This document shows positions 16,250 to 18,320 of a DNA stretch of 18,320 bases, piece after piece (the stretch's first letter is position 1; the number at the start of each line of letters is the position of its first letter). Origin of the DNA: a bacterium (GTDB lineage Bacteria > Zhuqueibacterota > Zhuqueibacteria > Oceanimicrobiales > Oceanimicrobiaceae). The position numbers and the translations under genes are program-made. A model generated the notes under the pieces. That model had not been told where the DNA came from and did not search any database. It worked only from the letters and a program-made list of their open reading frames with translations. The DNA is taken from assembly GCA_046757525.1 (NCBI GenBank), contig JBHHYI010000085.1:1-18320 (forward strand). The letters are read 5' to 3'.

Positions 16250-17269
16250 ATGGAGCTAATGAACCTGAACCACAAGCTGATCGAATTCGAACCCAACCCC
16301 TGGATCAAGGGAGGTGACCTGCAAACCATCGTAGGCTACTACCTGTCAGGCACCAACGATCTGGACCGCGCCAAACTTCACACGGTGCAGCTTTCCGACG
16401 GCGATTCGGTGGTTGTTTGTGAAAACCGGCCGGCAGGGCACCCGACCAATGCAAGAATCGTTTTGCTCATGCACGGTTTGGGCGGGGAGGCCGCTTCCCC
16501 GTACATGCTGCGCCTGGCCTCCCTATTTCGGGCCAGAGGCTGGATCCCCTTCCGCATGAACCACCGCGGTTGCGGTGAAGGCCGGGGACAAGCCAAATAT
16601 CTCTACCATTCGGGCAGAAGCGAAGATGTCAGCCAGGTTTTGCACCACATTGAGAAACTTTACCCGGCAGCGCCGATCGTTGCCGTGGGATTTTCTTTGA
16701 GCGGCAATGTTTTGCTCAAACTGCTGGGTGAGCAGAAGCATAGCATTACCGAAAACTTGTCCGGCGCCATGGCCGTTTGTCCTCCCATCGATCTGGCGCT
16801 CTGTTCGGACTCTCTGTGCCGGCGACGCAACTGGATTTACGACTTTCGCTTTGTGCAAATGCTGCGGGCGGCCATTCAAGAGCACCGAAAGGATTTTTCC
16901 GACTTTCCGGCATTCGATCTGCCCTGGCACTTGACGTTGCGCCAATTCGACGAACGGTGCACAGCACCCTTCAGCGGATTTGAATCGGCAGAGGATTACT
17001 ATGCCAAATGTAGCGCAAACCAGTTTCTGGAGAATATTTCTCTCCCAACCTACTTGTTAGCCGGCGACGACGACCCGTTCATTCCCAAACGAACCTTCGA
17101 TGCGGTCCCGACCAACGACTTTATCGAGATGCACATTACCCGAAGCGGGGGACACATGGGGTTTGTTGCAGCGGAGAAGACGCCGCTGGGGAATCGTCGC
17201 TGGATGGACTACGCTGTTGTGACGGTGGCAGAGTCTTTCATAAAAGAGGCCAAGGCGTATGCGCCGTAG
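16250..17269 (+). CDS. YheT/AB_hydrolase_4-family alpha/beta-fold hydrolase
   Basis: GDLQTI, MHGLGG, MNHRGCG, YHSGRSED, nucleophile GFSLSGN, DDPFI and GGHMGF. Confidence 0.9.
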   Translation: MELMNLNHKLIEFEPNPWIKGGDLQTIVGYYLSGTNDLDRAKLHTVQLSDGDSVVVCENRPAGHPTNARIVLLMHGLGGEAASPYMLRLASLFRARGWIPFRMNHRGCGEGRGQAKYLYHSGRSEDVSQVLHHIEKLYPAAPIVAVGFSLSGNVLLKLLGEQKHSITENLSGAMAVCPPIDLALCSDSLCRRRNWIYDFRFVQMLRAAIQEHRKDFSDFPAFDLPWHLTLRQFDERCTAPFSGFESAEDYYAKCSANQFLENISLPTYLLAGDDDPFIPKRTFDAVPTNDFIEMHITRSGGHMGFVAAEKTPLGNRRWMDYAVVTVAESFIKEAKAYAP

Positions 17270-17292
17270 AGGTTAGATTCAAAGACAGGCCG

Positions 17293-17499
17293 TCACTGTA
17301 CAACCTTGACGCGAATGGCCTTATCTCCCTTCATGTCGCTGCGCGCGTCAAACGAAACGCGCTGCCCTTCCCTGAGCTGCTTGTTCTTGACCGTGACGTC
17401 CAAATCGCTGACATGGACGAAGAGCTCTTCTTCGGTGTCCGAAACGATGAATCCGTATCCTTTGGACGGCTCCCACATTTTCACGTAGCCGTACTGCAT
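17293..17499 (-). CDS. Cold-shock domain protein
   Basis: 68 aa; RNP1 KGYGFI, RNP2 LFVHVS, LREGQRVSF; AAGGAGG RBS. Confidence 0.93.
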   Translation of the reverse strand: MQYGYVKMWEPSKGYGFIVSDTEEELFVHVSDLDVTVKNKQLREGQRVSFDARSDMKGDKAIRVKVVQ

Positions 17500-17524
17500 G
17501 ACTGATCCTCCTTAATTTTCCTTG

Positions 17525-17553
17525 ATATTAATTATTTCACCTCAAAAATGCAA
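17525..17553 (-). promoter_or_regulatory. Putative sigma70 promoter for the csp gene
   Basis: Minus strand TTGCAT (17553-17548), 17-nt spacer, TAATAT (17530-17525). Confidence 0.55.
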
Positions 17554-17656
17554 ACACTTTCAGGGCGGTGCGAAATCGTGCGCTGAGGAAATGCCAGGTT
17601 TGGCCTGCCTTGGTCATCGTTGGGAATCCGGCATCGCCCTTCGACTCTCTTTTTTG

Positions 17657-17685
17657 TTGACATTGCCAATGATGAATGATATATT
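17657..17685 (+). promoter_or_regulatory. Near-consensus sigma70 promoter for sodC
   Basis: TTGACA (17657-17662), 17-nt spacer, TATATT (17680-17685) with an extended -10 TG. Confidence 0.75.
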
Positions 17686-17763
17686 GTCTTGTTTTTCAAG
17701 TTCAGCTTGACTGCTTTGGTTCAAGTTAAGTGTCTTAATCAACAACGGAAGGAGGAACACTTC

Positions 17764-18318
17764 ATGATGCGAAGTAGCGGATTTAAGATTCTGGCGATTG
17801 CGGGCGCGATCGTTGTGGGGGCGTACGGCTGCACGCAAAAGCAGGCTCCGCAGAAGGGCAGACCTGCTGTGGAGAAAGCTGTGGCAGTGCTTCATCCAAC
17901 GGAAGGCAACGATGTGCATGGTCTGGTAACCTTTACCAGAGAAGCCAACGGCGTCCATGTGGTGGCTGACATCGAAGGGTTAACGCCAGGCGACCACGGC
18001 TTTCACATCCACCAATTTGGCGATTGCAGCGGCGCCGACGGCAAGACGGCCGGCGGCCACTTCAACCCCGACAGCGTGGACCACGGAGGACCGACTGCGG
18101 CCGTGCACCATGTTGGCGACCTGGGCAATATCACCGCCGACGATTCCGGCAAGGCCCACCTGGACCAGGTGTTTTCATTCCTCGCGCTGGGCGGAGCCAG
18201 ATCGATTGTCGGCCGTGGCGTCATCATCCACGCCAAAGCTGACGATTTGACCTCGCAGCCCACCGGTGCTGCCGGCGCACGAGTCGCCTGTGGCGTCATC
18301 GGCATCGCCAAACCGTAG
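17764..18318 (+). CDS. sodC: Cu/Zn superoxide dismutase, predicted lipoprotein
   Basis: Start moved to ATG 17764 (GGAGG RBS). Lipobox-like AYGC. Ligand motifs HGFHIH, GGHFNP, HGGP, HVGDLGN, IIHAKADD and GARVACGVI. Confidence 0.95.
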   Translation: MMRSSGFKILAIAGAIVVGAYGCTQKQAPQKGRPAVEKAVAVLHPTEGNDVHGLVTFTREANGVHVVADIEGLTPGDHGFHIHQFGDCSGADGKTAGGHFNPDSVDHGGPTAAVHHVGDLGNITADDSGKAHLDQVFSFLALGGARSIVGRGVIIHAKADDLTSQPTGAAGARVACGVIGIAKP

Positions 18319-18320
18319 TG

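Noticed and set aside
17689..17763. N-terminal extension of SodC
   Set aside because: Begins at the predicted transcription start; ATG 17764 has GGAGG and a lipoprotein signal.
1..18320. CRISPR arrays, IS elements, tRNA/rRNA, defence systems
   Set aside because: No regularly spaced repeats, transposase/integrase ORFs, cloverleaf structures or defence-domain motifs were seen by eye.

Overview
A moderately GC-rich bacterial chromosomal segment with 12 protein-coding genes, many for exported serine proteases/hydrolases or stress functions. In order: two tandem paralogous trypsin-like protease-TPR genes, tex, an HtrA/DegP protease, an ArsC-family reductase, an AT-rich orphan UPF0175 antitoxin-like gene with an apparent ACG start, a MATE efflux pump, a 1404-aa subtilase (FG-GAP propeller, Fn3/Ig domains, C-terminal FlgD/T9SS-like domain), a membrane-anchored beta-lactamase-family serine hydrolase, a YheT-like alpha/beta hydrolase, a cold-shock protein and a lipoprotein Cu/Zn SOD. 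I saw no rRNA, tRNA, CRISPR array or transposase. The most interesting signals are non-coding or sub-ORF. (1) The 496-nt gap upstream of the MATE gene holds a promoter with an operator-like palindrome, an unannotated 15-aa leader ORF with a strong RBS, a 3-aa uORF inside a hairpin, a terminator-like hairpin and a G-free rut-like tract, which together suggest a ribosome-coupled attenuator. (2) A conserved structured element sits 170/171 nt upstream of both protease-TPR paralogs and resembles a shortened or variant yybP-ykoY (Mn2+) riboswitch. All protein family calls come from motif recognition by eye; no database search was run.
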